From Gnetum montanum (taxonomy: Eukaryota; Plantae; Gnetophyta): DNA of 64,000 nt. The stretch spans positions 466,014 to 530,013 of the forward strand of contig MNCI01001177.1 in the NCBI GenBank assembly GCA_015680685.1, in the 5' to 3' direction. The notes beneath the pieces are model-generated. The model had not been told where the DNA came from. It saw only the letters and a program-made list of their open reading frames with translations, and searched no databases. Each line of letters opens with the position of its first letter. Within the stretch, counting starts at the first letter, position 1. The translations under genes were made by a program, and so were the position numbers. Positions 1-12,557 of the stretch are shown in pieces.

Positions 1-120
1 AGACAATGATTGATTAACCTTAAGTGCTCCATTAGGACGTGTAAGCACTTAGTCTTTGGAGTTTGACCGGATCATGTGTGAAACGCTCGTATTTGTATGG
101 TTGAGTGTAGGGGTACCTCG
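1..120 (+). mobile_element. 3' end (U5) remnant of an Athila-like LTR, truncated
   Basis: GATC...GTATGGTTGAGTGTAGGGGTACCTCG matches the LTR 3' ends at 29790-29846, 36165-36237 and (reverse) 36664 and 41239; terminal CCACTCATCA is missing. Confidence 0.7.
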
Positions 121-431
121 TATTTTGGATTCCAATAGCTTCCTTGGCCCTCCCGCTAAAAGACAAGCAAGTATAACTAAGCCATTGTTTTAACCAAAGG
201 GTACTACATTACAAATTGACAACTTAGAGATACCAATAGGCACTCAAAAATACATAACTTACAAAAGTTCAGATCTTTGTACAAAACTATAATACAAGCC
301 ATAAGCTATTCATCTAACTAGAGATTATTAATGGTTCCACTAGCTTTGGCTAAATCTAAGAGAAAAGAAAAGGAGAAAGTTAATCATCACAACTAAGTAG
401 GAAAAATATTCCAATTACTCCTCAATAATTT

Positions 432-2198
432 TTATGATGTTGATGAGTTGTGAGTAGACTCTATGATCAAATGATCCCAGGTGATGAAGGCTCTTAAGGC
501 TCCAAGGCCTTCTCCTGCTTCAAGTGCATGCGATGGTTGAGGCAATTGCAATTTTCCTATGACAGTTGTGACTTCTGATGAAAGACAAAAGATGTTCAAA
601 AATGCCTTCATCTTCTCCTCCTTTTCCCTAAGATCATTCATGGTCCACACAACATCTTGAATATGGGCCAAAGTGGGAACATCCCAGGGACACGACATTG
701 CCAAGAAAAAATCCTTAACGTTGATAAACCAAGTAGTAAAAAGTTTGCGTTCAACATCGAACGCCTTGATTACACTCTGTAGCTCCTGGTAGTCATTCAT
801 TCTCTTGGATTAGCTCTTAGTAGTTGATTATTGACCAGTGAAATTTTCCTTAAGAACCTTGAGTTCAGCATTGCGATGCTTGAGCTCCATTTTGTACAAG
901 TATGAATTGGCCATTTATTTCTCCAATTTAGATGGTGGCCACCTAGTAGTCAGCATCGTCAAATTTGTATAACAAAGATTGACAAGCTTCATGTACTCCA
1001 TCATATCCTCAATTTGCAGCTTTTTCATGTGGATCTCTACTTTGTTGTAGTTATTAAGCCCATTAAAAATAGGCTGCCAGACATCACCTCCTTCCTTCAG
1101 CTGATGGAGGGTCTCATTGACTTTTGCCTCTATCATCTAGATGTGTTTCTCATTGATTTCTTTATGTAGACCAACTTGAACTCTGTAATAGTTCTTGGCT
1201 CTCTCAAATTTGAGAGCCTCATTTTTCTAGGTAGCTACCTCTATTGTAGATTTTTGGTGAAGAGCTCAAACTTCCTCCATGGAGAGATTTTGATTTTTAG
1301 TTGCCAATTTCCTTAATTCATTATTTACTCTAGCTAGCTGCTCTTACTATTGATAGATAAAATCTTGCATCTGTTGCTTTTGCACATCAACATTCTGCAT
1401 GCGATGATTCTCTATGGTTAGAATCATATCCTCCTAGCGAATCTAGTCCAAGGCCTTTTGGATGTTATTCATTATGACATTGGCCAAGGACTAATCAAAG
1501 ACCATCATCTCCTTTACATTCTCAACCTTTTTGAGCTTTTCTTGAAGTTATTTCAAAGCTTCATCATGTATTAATGCAAGGTTAAGAAACATGGGGTTAG
1601 CAAGATAGGCTCTTAATTTAGCAACCTCCATAGCCAAGCATTGGTTTTGTGCTTGGGCTATTTTAAGTTGCTGCTCCAATATACTGCACTTGTTTCTTGC
1701 TTCTAGTAGCTCTGACTAGGTTGTGGTGATTGTATCTAGAAGGTCAAAGACATCTAGAATCAGTTGCCCAATTCCCAACAGTTAGTTTAGCAACTCATCG
1801 TGCTGGGTTGTACTCAATCTATCACTAACTATTCCTATGAATGTCTATACATCTTTGAATGCAGAAACATCTAGTACAAATGCTATAGGTGCATTAAGTG
1901 CCTTGGAAATTCTATTAGCAACCACCTCTACTGCTATCTCCTATCCATGGTGCTACATCACCAAGATAGTTACTCCCTCACCCTTTTCTAGATGCATTAA
2001 AAAGTAGCAACATTTCGAGAGATTTTTGGGAATTGTTGTTGTTGTGAAAGAGATACTATTACCTCTTAAGCATTAGGATTTGACCTCGCAGGAAACTACA
2101 TTCTTTGGGCTAGGCAATTAGCCTACCTCCCTCCATCTAGCTAATTGTTCAAGCCATTTCGTTAAGGTGACTTATTGCTAGGTGATACATAGAGGGAT
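432..2198 (-). pseudogene. C-terminal part of the extra (env-position) ORF of Athila-like element D; coiled-coil-rich, disrupted by stops
   Basis: ORF-track fragments 432-800 and 915-1136 are E/K/Q/L-rich; the sequence joins 23019-24110 once element A and one GGGAT TSD are removed. Confidence 0.65.
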
Positions 2199-4222
2199 TG
2201 TTACGCTAAAAACATCGATGGCTAGAACATTGAGAGGTCGTCAGGTGCATAGCCTAATCCCAAGTCTACCAAAGGGCCATGCTAGAAAGGATGGAAATGA
2301 GGCATCCTAAACAGTCTAGTCAATTAGTCATGGACTTATATGATGTCCGATAATCGTTTGCAAATAATGATTTCAGAGCATCACACGTAGGAGTTGGAAT
2401 AAGTAGGAACACAACATGCATAATAGCAAGAAAATATCAACGTGCATGTATCATGACAATAGAAAGAAATAGGTACGTTAATAGTTTAAAATATGTGCTG
2501 TAGAAAAAGAATGAAATGAGAGTGCAAGTGAGGAAATGCACCACCCCAAGATTGGGGGACATGACTTTTGATTGAATGATGTGTACAACTGGTGTGCAAC
2601 ATAGACAGAAATAGCTAGGTAGCAAGGCAATATGGTCACAGTTTCTAGGATGCGGTAGATGTGATATCGGTAGACATGAAGGAGTGGATACTTGTTGGGC
2701 TGAAAGTTGCTATATTGTACATGTGCAGGTGTCACACTTAAGTGCAGGAGTGGAACAAAGATTTGGAAGGCTCTAATGCTGGGATTTTTCACTTATCAAC
2801 CTTTTGCTCACCAATCTTCTGCCAAGGCCAATTGTAAAAGTGAACCCTTAGAACGCTGATTACTGGGGTATTTATAGAGCTAGGGTTGGGGGGGGGGGGA
2901 GAGACGTGGTTTCGACGCCATGTGTCCTAGGTCCCACATAGCATGAACATGGATGTGTCACGCTGATGTGTTATGCTTAAAGTGCGGTGCTATGCTCAAT
3001 AGGAAAAGAATAGGGACTAAAAAATCTGCTAAATCGTGACCATATTGCCCAAATTGCATGTACCAAAGTCTAAAGAACTACCATGTACTTACAAAAATGC
3101 TGAGAACAAATGAAAATTGGAGCCTACACTTCGGGACTACATCTCCCCTTCTCTTTCGAGTAGGATCAAGCGTAGGGACAACTTTGGAGATTAGCAAGGG
3201 GTGCAAAAAATAAAAAAAACTGCTCACTTTGGCCTCTAGAGAGATGCTAGAGTAGGAATGAAGGTCGATGATGAGCTATGGGCATTTTTGGAAGGCATTC
3301 GGAGAAGTTTTCCAAGTGCTACGCTGCCTAGCATAACGAAGCGTAGCATGAACACTTAGAAAATTTTACAATTTTGGTCTTCTACGTTGTCTACATTGCG
3401 CAACGTAGTAGAGTGTAGCACTCCTTTTCCACGAATTTTATCAAAAATTGAAGGCATCACTTTGAGATTTAGCAAGGTAAGCAACTTTAGCAACTAGCAA
3501 CTACATCTTTCATGTTGAAAGAGTCTGATATCTCCTGGTTTCATTTTGGAAAACTTTTGACACTGACATCTCTACTACGCTGCACTACGCTACACAGCGT
3601 AGCATAGCATAACACCTAATTTTGAACAAATTTTAACCCAACTTGCAATGCTTTGCGATGGGACTTTGATCATGGTCTGAGGACGAAATAGGATAGGTAG
3701 CCTTGGAGGTCAAAACCAACTGCACCTTCTATGTCTGGTTCAACACTTAGGAAAATTTTAACCCCACATGGCCTGCTACGCTATCTACACTATGTAGTGT
3801 AGCAGAGCGTAACAGGTCCAAACATAGAAAATTTGCCAAACTTTTTTATCTATCCTAAACAATTTTGACAACTCCTAGCCTAGCATCGGGGTGGACTAGA
3901 AACTGGGACATGTGTCAAGCTGGGTAAGCTAGAGAGCATAGTAAGCTTGATTGCCTGAAAGATAGAAAATTTTTCGAATTGTTTAGTCCACCCTCAGTGT
4001 CGCTTTTGTGCAAACTAGCCTTGAAAATGGGTGCTGCACTAGCTGTGTTGAAGAGTGTAGCAGACAAGCTCAAAAAAAAATTTGTAGATATTACAACTTG
4101 TAAGGTGCTATGCTGTTTGCGTGGCCTAGCATGATACCACACTTGGAGAAATTTTGCCTAGGTCTCAATGCTCGAACAAATTTGATGCTGAGTCACAAGA
4201 GCCCAAAATTGATGGTGATTTA
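2199..4222 (-). repeat. 3' LTR of element A
   Basis: Direct repeat of 21015-23013; TG start; end GGTGATTTA corresponds to GGTGTTTCA in element C; minus-strand TATA (CTATAAATA, ~2869-2877) next to a G tract. Confidence 0.93.
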
Positions 4223-4240
4223 CTAGCCCCTCTTTGTTGA
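4223..4240 (-). promoter_or_regulatory. Polypurine tract of element A
   Basis: Minus strand TCAACAAAGAGGGGCTAG abuts the LTR; the same motif lies beside the LTRs of F (48582) and C (61924). Confidence 0.85.
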
Positions 4241-5178
4241 TGTCTAGAGGATTTGCCCGATAGACGTCGACAAAGAATATGAAACACCATGATGAATATG
4301 ACACCAACACTATTCATCAATGCCTGCTTAGATAATGCTTTTCTATGCTTGAGAGTGCCAGGGAAGTGAAGTATGGTAGGGAGCACGGGATAGGTTTGAG
4401 GAGATGGGGTTAGGGGACAATGGACAAAAAATGAAAAATGTAGGATGCGATGCCATGAGAACCATTGCCATAGTGTGATCCCTCATCGAAATGCTTGTGA
4501 GGGAGTTAGCACGCATAGGCAATTTTTACTTATGGAGTTTGACCTCTTATCAAAGTGCTTGGAGACGCTCGATCCAAGATCAAAATAGTTGTAAAGCGAC
4601 AACTACGCTATTTGACTTAGGCACTTGTCTTATGTCATTTCTTTTTCTTTTTCTTTTTCTTTTCTTCTTGTTCTTTTTTTTCTTCTTTCTCTTCTTTTTT
4701 TATTGTGGATGAATTGCATGCCCATATCTGCTTGAAGGCAACCATGTTGTCGTTGTAGGACAAGTGTTTCCTCCCCAAGATGAGTTGTGTTACATCCGTG
4801 TGGGGCTTTGACCAGCCTACAGAGGCTTCCCATGGGATGAGTTGCATTATGTCTGTCATGGGCTTAGTGATTAAGCATGGAAAAGGGTTTCATGTGCATT
4901 GGAGAAGCTTGCGAGGGGATGTCGAAAATTGCAAAAGTAGGAAATAGAGGTTAGGTTAGTTGAAGGGATATTAGGGTATGCACTCTCAAGTAGCTTGGCC
5001 AATTGAAGCAGGTACTTTGGAACAATGTGGTGTGTTGCTCTTGTGGTGAAATGCATTCTTGAACAATGCCATCTCAGCTTTATCTTGCAAACACAACAGA
5101 GAAAAATCCAAAAAAAACAACCACCATTGGAAGTGAGGATGAAGTCCTATTTGCCCGAGACACTGCAAGGGCTATAAG

Positions 5179-6643
5179 TGAAACACCGTGAAAATTGCGA
5201 GTCAGCCTCAAGCAAAGATTCGCAATTCGGGCAAGGGCGCATGTCAGAATTCCAGAAGGGAGAATAAGACAGAGCAACACCAAGAGGCGCGTAGCATCAA
5301 GTCTTCGACTTCCTGTGCAGATTCCTAATCTTTCTATGCTTTTTTCTATTTACGCTATATCACGCGACGTAGCGTAATGGCGCCGAGCGTGATTCTGTTT
5401 AAACATAGTCCGGCATCAGAAGGCTAGTTACTTTGGCATAGGGAGAAGCTTGAGCAGCGTAATATGCGACTTTTTATATATTTTGCTAAGTCTTTTGTGC
5501 AAGGCCAGGTTTACGCTCTGTTACGCACGGCAGCCTAATGAGCTCCAAAACAGTCAAAGGCAAAGTCTAAGAAAGTGCGATTGCTCATCATACGCTCATC
5601 ACGCAACGTAGCGTATCACAGCGTATTGCGTCGCCAGGCTAGACATCGTTTACGCTTCATTACGCGCGGCTGCGTAAGCGAGCGTAAAACAGCTTGAATC
5701 TATGGTTTCCATGTTATGTTATGCTCGTATACGCAACGCAGCGTGAATAAGCGTAACATAACCCAAAGACAGTTGAAACATGCCAGATGCACAGCTGTTC
5801 TTCACACGCACGATACGCAAATAAGCGTATTGTGCGTAGTCACAAAGTTTGACACAAAAATGGTCAAGCCAACAGTACCCGAAACATTCGAGACACACGT
5901 CATCAGGGTTGTGCCTTTTCTACAGGGCGTCGCAGCCTATAAATACCCCAATTGACAAAGATACGGGGGCTGGAAAATCCAAGAAGCAAAGGCATTTTTC
6001 TGAGCACTGGAGCACTTATCACTTTTGAGCAGAGATACAGAGAACAACGCTTTGGCAATTGTTGACAGCATCACCTTCCGGCGGAAACAAAGCATAGTTT
6101 GCTTTGAACACCGGCAATAGGAGTAATCGTTCTGCTGGGGAAGACTCTATTGCTCAGAAACAGTTGATCGGTAGATGTCAGAGCTTGACCTTCCTTGCAT
6201 CCCGGCTTTAGCCCTCGAGGTAGATCGGACTTCTGTTTGGACAGTTTTCTTGTTGTTTTGTGCTTGCTTCACGTCAAGTAATCGGGGTATCCCCACTGTA
6301 ACGTGGTATACAAATTATACAGTTTTCAAGTCAAAGCGTGGATCTTGAAACTACGTGTTTCTCTTGTGTTAGCCTCCTCTTACCACGTTTAACGTTATCA
6401 TTGTTGCGATTCATCTACGTCATTTTTCCCTCGTTTTGCAATTCCTTGAATCAGATCACTCCACGAAATATTCATACTCTTCATCGGTTTACTGATTAGT
6501 AAGTTCCTGTCTGATCGACAAGACCGTTCAGGGCACCGCGAATTCGTTTTTCCAGCATAGCCCTCGCGCAGATCCGTGGTTAAAACTGTGTACGCGGAAT
6601 TTTGTTTGGTATTTTCTAGCTGCCGACGTTTTCCGTCGTTACA
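5179..6643 (+). mobile_element. Younger, CpG-rich solo LTR of a related Tat family nested in element A
   Basis: TGAAACACC...CCGTCGTTACA termini resemble A/C LTR termini; TSD ATAAG at 5174-5178 and 6644-6648; TATAAATA at 5938-5945. Confidence 0.9.
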
Positions 6644-7254
6644 ATAAGTGCTATGTCTAGTGTGTGCAATGTCCAAAGAAGGAAGCCAGTGTAGGCCTTG
6701 GCGGTGGCAAGCTGAAAAAACTCTAGCAGTCACACCGGAAGTGAGGACCTAAGAGGCTAGGAGCAATGGTGATGCAAGCACTCAAGAATCATCACCAAAG
6801 GCAGGAGCCAAGAAATCTAGTTGCAAGGTGGGAAGCCAAACTGCTAAATGGTCTTCTAGACTTGGATGATGGTGAGGGCTGGAGGATGGCAACATTGTGG
6901 TTGGGCCACAATAGTGCTGGGGCTCCAGTAGGAGGTGCTGACGCTGGAAGCTATGACCAAGATGATTGCCGATGGTGACAATAGCTTTGGAAGGTTAGTA
7001 AGATGTCAAACAACATCTTTGGAAGATTAGCAAGATGTCAGGGATGGAGATGTTGTAAATTTCCCAGTTGGTTTTTCCTTGGTGGTGCGAACTTTATTTT
7101 GGAACTGCAACGCCCCACCCCATCTTGCCTAGGAGGCGAGGGTAGGCAACTGAAGATTGAAAGTATGCCCACTCACTTGTTCACAAGATCACATGTGTTG
7201 GATAAGAGATATTGCCTTGCGAACCCATTTTTAAATCTTGGTAGATTGTCAACT

Positions 7255-7480
7255 ATGTTAGTTTAAGGTCCCAACAGACCGTGATGTGCTAGTTTAAGGT
7301 CTTAGCAGATCATTGTGCTAATTTAATGTCATAGCAGATAGGGGATGGCCAGTTTAAGGTCATAGAGAATCATGCTATGGGTGCCAGATTCATGTCATGG
7401 CCCAAGGACATGCTGTGCTAGTTTAACATCATGGTGGACGATCTGTGCCAGTTTTACGTCATAGCGGACGATCATGCTTA
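7255..7480. repeat. Array of AGTTTAAGGTC-type short repeats downstream of the element A integrase
   Basis: About 7 imperfect (GCT)AGTTTAAGGTC units spaced ~30 bp. Confidence 0.8.
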
Positions 7481-7511
7481 CCTTGCTTTATTACCAGCAT
7501 GATACTGCATG

Positions 7512-10500
7512 TTAGGCATAATACAGTTTCAGGTACATGTGGTTGATAGGATTAGCAAACTCATTGCCATCTAAGTTAGCAAGCTCGAATGCCCCATTTT
7601 CATGTGCTTTTGTGACCAGAAAGGGCTATTCCTAGTTAGCTGAGAATTTGTTCACGGGTTCATGAACAACCTTGAGGACTAGATCCCCTTTTTTGATCGG
7701 GCGTTGGTGCAAATTACAATGATGTTTTTGCCATTGTTTGTCTTCATACCACTTGATACGATTAAGTGTTTGGATGTGCTCCTCCTCCATAGACTCAAGA
7801 TCAGTGATTCTTGACTCGTTGTTTTGAGCCTCATCCATAAAGTTCAAGAGGATCATTCAGAGCTACAGGACCTATAATTCAAGAGGTAACACTACTTCAG
7901 ATCTATATACTAGACTGTATGGTGTCTTACCTGTGTAGTTTTGCACGTTGTGCAATAGGCCCAAAGCACGTAGACGAGTTGCTCATGCCATTGTCACTTG
8001 CTATTACTGAGCATTTTCTTCAAAAGGTTGACAATGGCTTTATTGGTGGCTTCTGCTTGACCTTTTTCTTGAGGATAGTATGGAAATGAGAAAGAGTGTT
8101 TAATGTCAAGGTTTTCACATAAGGCTCTAGTTTTTATGCTACTGAATTAGGGCCCGTTGTTTATAACGATAGTCATAGGAAGGCTGAATTGAGTCACTAT
8201 ATTATCCAAAATGAATTTGCAAACCTGTTGAGATGTGGTCTTCCTAAGGGAAATAACTTCTACCCACTTGGTGAAGTACTCAGTTGTAGTAATAATGAAA
8301 CTATGCCCTATAGAAGACTTGGGCGTTATAGGCCCTATGATGTCTAGTTCCCAACATTGAAAAGGCCACGTGATTTGCTCAGTATGCAACTCAGTAGGTG
8401 ATACATGTATTAGATTCCTATGGTGTTGACATATATTGCATGTCTTGACCTTAGAGAGGAAATTGTGCTCCATATAGGGCCAGTAGTAGCCTAGATGCCT
8501 AATTTTTTCAGCCATAGCTTTAGGAGCTATGTGGCTTCCACATAGTCCCTCGTGGACTTGATCAACGATTCTTTGGGCTTCTTTTCCACTTACGCAAGTT
8601 AGCAGTATCCCATCATAAGATCTACGACATAAAGCACCATCACCTACAAGGACATACTGCCATGCTCGTTTGCATACCACATCTTTTTGGGCAGATGTTA
8701 GGCCTCGTGGATGCTCACCATGTTGGAGGTATGTTTTGACATTGTTATACCATTCTTGAGCATGGGTTGCACTTACAGACGTGATATTTGCTGTGTGAAC
8801 AATAGGGTTAGTGCATTCCACTATTGAAGTAGGTAAGATAACAAACATGTGTGGTGGCATGCTTAAAGTTAACGTGGCTAATGCATTGGCTATAGTGTTT
8901 TCATTGTAGGGGATGTATTGAACGTCTAAGATTGTAAATTATTTTAGTAAGTACTTCACCAAGTCACAATAAGGCTGTAGGTGTTGTGCTTTATAGGTGT
9001 AAGCCTCTGTAACTTGATTGATAACTAATTACGAATTGCCTCGAATTGCTAAATTTTGGATCCCTGACTCCTGAGCTGCTAAAATGCCTGTAAGGAGAGC
9101 CTCATATTCTACTACATTCTTGGTGCAAAGAAACGTGAAGTGGTATGTGAAAGGTTGAATCTCTCTAGAGGGAAATGTGAGAAGAATAGCAGCACTACCA
9201 CCTTGTGTGGTTCAGGCACCATTAAAGTGTAAAATAGCTTCGATGTTTGTAGATATTGTGCTTATATTGTTAACATGATCATTTGGAAATTCGAGTTCCA
9301 TTGTTGCTTGGTCATCTGTGGGTGAAGCTGTAAGTTGCGTGGCTATTGCTTGACCCTTTGTAGATGACTGCACTATGTAGTATAGGTCAAATTCTGCAGT
9401 TATTTCTTTCCACCTGGCTATCCTGCTACTTACATATATATTGGTTGTAATGGCCCTGAGTATGTTATTTTTGCAAATGATATTGACCTGGTTATGAAAC
9501 AAATAGTGTCTCCATTTTTTGAGTGCAAATACTAAAGCAAGGCAATTTTTTTCCACATCATTGTATTTGGCTTCATAAGTTATCAGTGCATGACTCAGGT
9601 AGTAAACAAGAATCTCAAAGCTGTCGTCCCTTTTTTGATAGAGCAAAGCAGCAATGGACATGTCTAAAGTTGCAAGATAAATGTAGGCTTATCTCTTTGT
9701 AAAGGATGAACAAGCTACTTTTAAGTTATCGAATGCTTCTTAACGTTGGTTTATCCATTCAAAGTTAGCTCATTTTTTAAGTAAGTGTTGCATTAGATGC
9801 AATTTATCTGTTAACCTTACAATAAATCTTCGTATGAATTGTATCTTTCCTTGTAATCCACATAACTCTTTAAGTTTTATGGGTGGTGTTGAGTTGATAA
9901 TGGCTTTAACTTTGTCTAGGTCTACACATATTCCTATTTCTGATACTACGAAGCCTAACATACGTACAGTTTTGACATCGAAGACACTTTTTGGGATTGA
10001 GACAAAGGTCATGCCTATGGTAGCATTGAAGGACCAAGTTCAAGATATTTGCATGATTAGGAGCTTTCTTCAATTTAACTGCTATATCGTCCACATAGTC
10101 ATTTAACCATTCCAAAAGATAGTCACTAAAAATGTAAGCCATTGCTTGCTAGTATGCTGCTCCAACATTTTTAGTCCGAAGGGCATCATCGTGTAACAAA
10201 ACCTTCCCTAAGGCATCATGAAGGTAGTAGCAAGTTGATGTTCTAGGTTTATATAGATTTGATTGTATCCTGAGAATCCATCCATGAAGGATAATAAGGC
10301 ATGGTCGACCATAGTATCGACTAGTTGGTCAATATTGGGCAATGGGAAGTTATCCTTGATGGTTACTTTGTTCAAATCTTGGAAGTCTATATAGATGTGT
10401 TTGCCCCCATTTTTCTTGGGGATGACCATGATGTTTGATACCCAATCCATGTAATCGACTGCTCGGATGAATCAAACTTGGTAAAGCTTGGAGATTTTGT

Positions 10501-11011
10501 CACGCACAGCTAATACAATCTCTAGTTTAATTTTGTGAGCTTTTTATTTGACTACTTTGATATGTGAATCTAAGATAATGTTGTGTTGTATTATGCGTGG
10601 GTCTAAGCCCAGCATATCTTCATAAGACCATGCAAACACTTTGACATTATCATTGAAGACTTTAGAGATATTTTGTTGGACTTGTGGCTCTTGTAAAGAC
10701 CTAAGTTTCAATGTTCTTGCCTCACCTCTGCATGTGGTTACGGGAATTTCTATAAGTGGATTCTTAGCTACGTCACTAGCCTCCAGGTCTAAGGCTTGGA
10801 CTAGATGTTCTAGCCAGTCTAGTGATGTTTCTGAGGATGCTATATTGGTGTGACAAGGAGGCAGCTCAAAGTCTATAAGCTCTATGTTCAAGCATCTCAT
10901 GAATTTATCATGGGGTCAAGTCAAGATTAAGGGCGAATGGAGATCATTATGTGCACCCATTCCTAAGCCATTATGCAAAATAGCCAACAAAAAAAAGACA
11001 TCAAGTGGCAC
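7512..11011 (-). pseudogene. pol: Element A pol: RT, RNase H, additional (archaeal-type) RNase H and integrase, with stops and frameshifts
   Basis: RT: DFQDLNK...FPLPNIDQLVD...SFMDGFSGYNQI, YVDDI; RH: YYLSHAL...EKNCLALVFALKKWRHY; aRH ~8870-9230: CTKNVVEYEALLTG, RGNS.LVINQV; INT: HEGLCGSH, CNICQ, WELDIIGPI, EYFTKWVE, KFSAN.E.PF. Confidence 0.92.
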
Positions 11012-11476
11012 CTGCCTAACATAGCAACATGAAGCAAAATGCATGCAAAGTAATTATGCAATATCTTAAAATTGCTAGTTTAAGGTCTTAAGGGACCGTA
11101 ACTACACGTAGGATGTCAAACTATATTTTAAAATTGCTAGTTTAAGGACTTAGTGGACTGTCACTATGCCTATAGTGTAAAGGGAATTTCAAAATTTCCT
11201 ATTTAAGGTCATAACGGATCGTTACAGTGCCTATAGTGTAAAGCCTTAAGCCAATATTAAAGGCTTAAAGTGAGGGGTTGAATTAAATGTTTACAATGAA
11301 AAAATCTCTCTCTTTTTCTAAAAATCTATGTGCTACATTGCAGGGAACATGGGATGTCTTGTGTTACATGTAGGACATGGGGTGTCCCATGTTACGCGTA
11401 GGACACAGGATGTTCTGCGTTATGTGTGAGACATGGGACATCTCGGAAAAGTAACATGTCATGTAGCCCTAAAGGG

Positions 11477-11484
11477 TATAAATA
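11477..11484 (+). promoter_or_regulatory. Candidate TATA box for the antisense gene of element A
   Basis: GGGTATAAATAGGGG, preceded by short CATGGGA repeats (~11345-11445) and followed by GTAAGG/GTAGGT donor-like sites. Confidence 0.4.
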
Positions 11485-12557
11485 GGGGTTTAACCATGGT
11501 AAACCTGTCATTTTCACCATTGGAGCTAATAGCCTATAGTATAGCGTAGTTTCGAGAAGAGAGCATACCACTTGTAGAGCATAACCACTAATAGGCCAAA
11601 ACTTGATAATAAGATAATGGCGTGCAGAAGTGAGCGTAGACATTAGGGCCTTGCAAATGTGGATGAAGGGGAGCACACCTTGCAACATCTTCCTAAAGCA
11701 TGCATTGAGGAACGATATGAGGCACCATCTGCTCGGTAGGCTGCTATGTTACCTTTATTTGTGTTGCATTTTGTTTTGAAATGGGGGCGATCTACCAAGT
11801 GGGATTACTGTGGCCACCGTCTACGCTGTGACCACTACCCCCTAGTTGTGGCTGCTGCAACCACTACGTCATGGTTGCTGCCACGACTGCTATGCTGTGA
11901 CCATTGTCACTGCCATTGCAGCTATCACCATGGCTATTACGCCATGGCCGTAGTTGCCATGATTACGGCCCAGAGAAATGCACCATTTTCTTCCTTTCCC
12001 TCTCATTTTACAGAATAAGGGTTTGAAGTGTCTTGTGCAGTGTAATGCGTGTGGGGAGGGTTTTATTTACTGCGTGTTTGCGTGATGGATTTTTTGTGTT
12101 CCATGCGGTGGAATAGGGTAAGGGCTTCACAAGCGTTTCGTGTTTGCCCTCAGGCTATGTTGTCCCTGACAGCGTGATTGGTAGGTTAGAAATGTTTACT
12201 TGCTTGCATCGCTACACTTTTTGTGAGAGTGATGCTTGCTACGTTACATGGGATGTAGCTGCTACGCTGTACGGGGTGTAGCTACTACGCTACACGAGAC
12301 GTAGTCGCTATGCTACGCATAGGGTTACATTGCTATGCTACACGGAACGCTATATTTGCTACGCTATATGAAAAGTCATAAGGATAGGTTGAATATTTGG
12401 AAAAATTTTGGTTCGATTAATGATCCTATGATTGTCATGTTCCAAACAAGATTGCTACGTTTTATAGAAGAGTGCTACACTACATGGAAGTGTAACTGAT
12501 AGAAATTTTTCAAAAATTTTCCTTATTGTGAACTAATGTTTTCATTGTGAAATGTAG

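Noticed and set aside
40-105. Loose 5S rRNA similarity on the minus strand (CATAC...GATCC..TCGAACTCC..AG..TAAG.TGCTT), Cassandra-like
   Set aside because: Short, gapped match with wrong spacing and no C-box; not supportable without an Infernal RF00001 search
4491-4859. Poly-Phe and Lys/Glu-rich ORFs
   Set aside because: Low-complexity T/C tract in the element A 3' UTR
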